64,000 nt of DNA, taken from assembly GCA_000388065.2 (NCBI GenBank), contig KB932202.1; one strand, given 5' to 3'. The notes below the pieces were generated by a model, which saw only the letters and a list, made by a program, of their open reading frames with translations, did not search any database and was not told the origin of the DNA. Positions 61,212-64,000 of the stretch are shown here, one piece after another. This DNA comes from Fonticula alba ATCC 38817. Its lineage: Eukaryota > Protista > Nucleariida. The position numbers were made by a program, and so were the translations under genes. Position 1 is the first letter of the stretch; every line of letters starts with the position of its first letter.

Positions 61212-63569
61212 ATGCCCACGGCCACCGGTGCCCGGTACGCCGGCGTCAGTCAGCCAGCCACACCGCCGGAGATCGATCTCTGGTTTGTGGTCGGCGGCGC
61301 GCCGGCCCGGATGACCGAGGCTTTGCAGCACTTTGGCAAGCGTCCTGGCCAGCGCCCGAGCCCCAAGAACGCCGCCTACTACGGAAAGCTACTGACCGGC
61401 GAACTCCATGGTGATGTTCCTCACCGTCATCGTCGTGATGGCGGTGGCATTTCCCCCCGATCGTCCTTGTCTCCCTCGGCCGGGCGGCCGATCTCCTCCT
61501 CACGCGGCGGCCTGGGTGCCGATGCCATTCGTCGGATGCGCCTGCGTGCCGCCCTGGCACGGTTGCCGGATGACTCCTTCCACGCGGCACGGTATCCCCC
61601 GGCGTCGCGTCCGTCGCTGGCCACCCCCCCGCCGGCTGGTGCCCGCTATCGGCGACCGGCGACCGGCTCGGCTGCTGACCCGGATCGGCCCCCTTCCCCT
61701 GCCGCCGGTGGCCGCGGCGTCGGCGGTGGCATGATGGCTGCTATTGCCGCCAATGATGGCGACATTCCACGGTCAAACTACACCGCTTCGGCGCCGGCCT
61801 TTGGCCCGGATGATGGCGGGACTGGGTGGCGGCGGGGGCGGTCGTCCTCGATTTCGTCGCCCTCCTCGTCCTCCTCCTCCTCGTCCTCCTCCTCGGCCAA
61901 CTATGGGGGGTTCGCCTATCACTCGATCCCGTCGGTCTCCGGTGCCTCCCCCCCGGCCATGACTCCTTCTTCATCCTCGCCGGGGCCGGCTACGCCGCCT
62001 CCCACACGTCGGGCCTCGGGTGTGACCTACTCGGCCGGTCCTGATGATGTCCCTCTTTTCGCGGGCACCCTAAATCATCGCCCTCCGGCGACGCTGGCCG
62101 CCTCGCGCACGATGGCCCCGCCGCCTCCTTCTTGGCGGCCGGGGGTGGGTGGTGATTCGAACTTCGCGTCGCTCACAAAGGCACAATGCGCCGAGCGCCA
62201 TGAGCAGGCCCTGTGCGCCCTGCACCGGGAGCTTTGTGACACCATCCCCCGGGTGGCGTCCATTCGTGCTCCGGTGTGGGGCGGCGCGTCGGCCGCTGCT
62301 CACGGCGGTGCCCGGACGGCCGGTGACAGCCTGATCGAGCAGATGGCTCGGTCGGTGGACCTCCGCGCCGCGGTTCTCTCCTCCCAAAGCAGCATGCAGC
62401 CGCATCGACTGCTGGACATCCCGGAGGAGGCCCCCGGCCGGGCGGGTATGCGTGCCCGTCACTCGCTGCCGGGGCGCATCGCCGACCGCCGGACCATGGC
62501 CCCGTGCTTGACCCCGGCCCAGGCTCGGGCGGTGGCGCGGTCGATCCCGCCCATCAGCACCTCGTACCAGCGGAACTTCGTCGAAATTGCCTCTGGCGGA
62601 GCCGCCTCGTGCACGGACGCCGCCATCGATAAGGATGCCAGTATCTGCTCCGACTCGGAGGAGTGTCTGTCTCCCTCGAGCGCCACTCGTGCCGGTGGCT
62701 CGCAGACCGGTGCCTGGTGCCCGCCGGCTCGGGACATTGCGGCCCAGAGCTCCTACACGGCTCCCCGGACGGCGACCATCATCAATGGCCGGGTGGTGTA
62801 CATCAACCGGACGCCGAAGTTCGGTGTGCACGGCTTGCCGCACTTGTACCAGCGCCTGCCGGGTGTGGACTACCGCGGCCGTCGCCATCGGTCTCACGCC
62901 TCGCACCCGACCATCGCCAACCCCCATGGTGTGTCGTATGTCCGGTGTGCTGAGGATGAGGCCCGCATCGCCAGCATGGCCGATTCGCCGAAGCTCACCT
63001 GGGTTGGGCGCCAGAAGAATGCCCGCCTGATTGAGAAGGAGCTCCTGCGTCAGGAGGCGGCTGCTTCGCCGCCGCCGATGACCGGGCGCTTCATCGGGCC
63101 GCTGCAAAGCCGCGAGTGGGATTGGGCCATTCCCAACCAGCCGGATCCGGCCCTGGTGGAGGCTCTCGAGAGCATTGGCCGTGCCGAGCGTGTGGCTCTC
63201 CACCGCGCGGCCATGCAGGAGCTGTCCACCGCTTGCGCCATCCGGGCCACGGCCGCTCGGTCGATCATTCACCCGGCGGGTGGCCAGGCCGAGGCGGCGG
63301 CTGCCTCCGGTCTCCAGCTCAAGCAGCAGCAGCAGCAGCAGCGTCATGAGCGGCCGTTCATCGGCTCGACCGCCAAGGCCACGGCCACGGCCTCCAGCAG
63401 CATCCCCGCCAAGACCCAGAGCAAGGGCATCATCGGTGCGGGCGGTGCCGGTGGCGGCGGCCAGGGCGCTGCTATTCCCCCCTCGGCGGCGGCTCCGCCG
63501 AAGTCCTTTGCCAGTGGTGTGGCTGCCCCGCCGCCGTCGTCGTCATCGACACAGGCTCGGGGCCATCAC

Positions 63570-63601
<32 letters not shown>

Positions 63602-64000
63602 CACTACTGCGGCGGCGGGCTCCCAGAAGCCGCCGATTATTCCGGGTGGTTGGGATGCCGCCGTGGCAGCTGGGATGCCGCCAGTTGGCCGGCCGATCAC
63701 CCGCCAGGCCACCGATGCGGCGGGCCGCCGGGTTCAGATCACCGAGACCTATATCCACGTGCCGGCCGATTCACCCCCGCAGACCGCCGCTCCCAAGCAG
63801 GCCGCCGCTCCCACTGGCGGCCGGAAGCCCAAGTCTTCGATCGCCGACGAGCCGTTTGACCAGTTCTACGTGTCCCAATGCCCGGTGACCGAGTTCTACG
63901 ACGACTTCGACAAGGTGATGATGACCTACGACGAGAACTTCCTGGCCCGCTGCCCGGAGGATGCTCCTCGTGCCTTCAAGACCCGCCGGCAGAATCGCGC
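61212..64000 (+). CDS. Long open reading frame (about 930 codons), truncated by the window end; possibly exon 2 of the 58073 gene
   Basis: Manual translation of the frame with codons starting at positions divisible by 3 runs from MPTATGARYAG... to ...RAFKTRRQNR with no stop, and contains polyQ and polyS tracts. It is absent from the ORF track because it has no stop within the window. Confidence 0.8.

Noticed and set aside
59489-61225. 578-aa minus-strand ORF
   Set aside because: Translated microsatellites (HTHT, CVCV) with an internal gap; intronic or intergenic.
62070-63347. 425-aa minus-strand ORF and the 237-aa plus ORF at 63175
   Set aside because: Antisense and off-frame shadows of the real stop-free plus frame starting at 61212.
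1-64000. CRISPR arrays, rRNA, tRNA, transposase or reverse transcriptase genes
   Set aside because: No spaced direct repeats, no rRNA or tRNA signatures and no DDE or RT motifs were seen; the repeats are simple microsatellites or artefacts.

Overview
GC-rich, intron-rich eukaryotic nuclear DNA from a draft assembly with 11 N-gaps. The gene content (a CSL transcription factor, SNX3, TMF1, RPA43) points to a unicellular opisthokont; a Fonticula-like genome is my inference and is not verified. All gene models were assembled by hand from GT..AG signals and reading-frame phase. In order: an orphan type II membrane protein (-), a Sel1-like repeat protein (+), a zf-HIT/ZNHIT3-like protein (-), SEC11 (+), IMP1 (-), SMARCAL1 (+), CSL/RBPJ (+), MnmA/TRMU (+), SNX3 (-), RPA43 (+), TBP (-), GCSH (-), TMF1 (-), and an uncharacterised low-complexity gene (+) that runs off the right end and is missing from the ORF track. 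Most ORFs in the track are GC-rich noise or antisense shadows. The best biological leads are a CSL with an animal-like FNRLRSQTVST motif, a tail-to-tail pair of S26 signal peptidases (SEC11 with a 44-aa insertion), and two large orphan proteins. Two assembly artefacts are visible: an Illumina adapter inside a false 160-bp duplication in TBP, and a garbled copy of 32.9-33.1 kb at 40.65-40.84 kb. I found no CRISPR array, rRNA, tRNA or transposon, and no multi-gene novel system that I can support.
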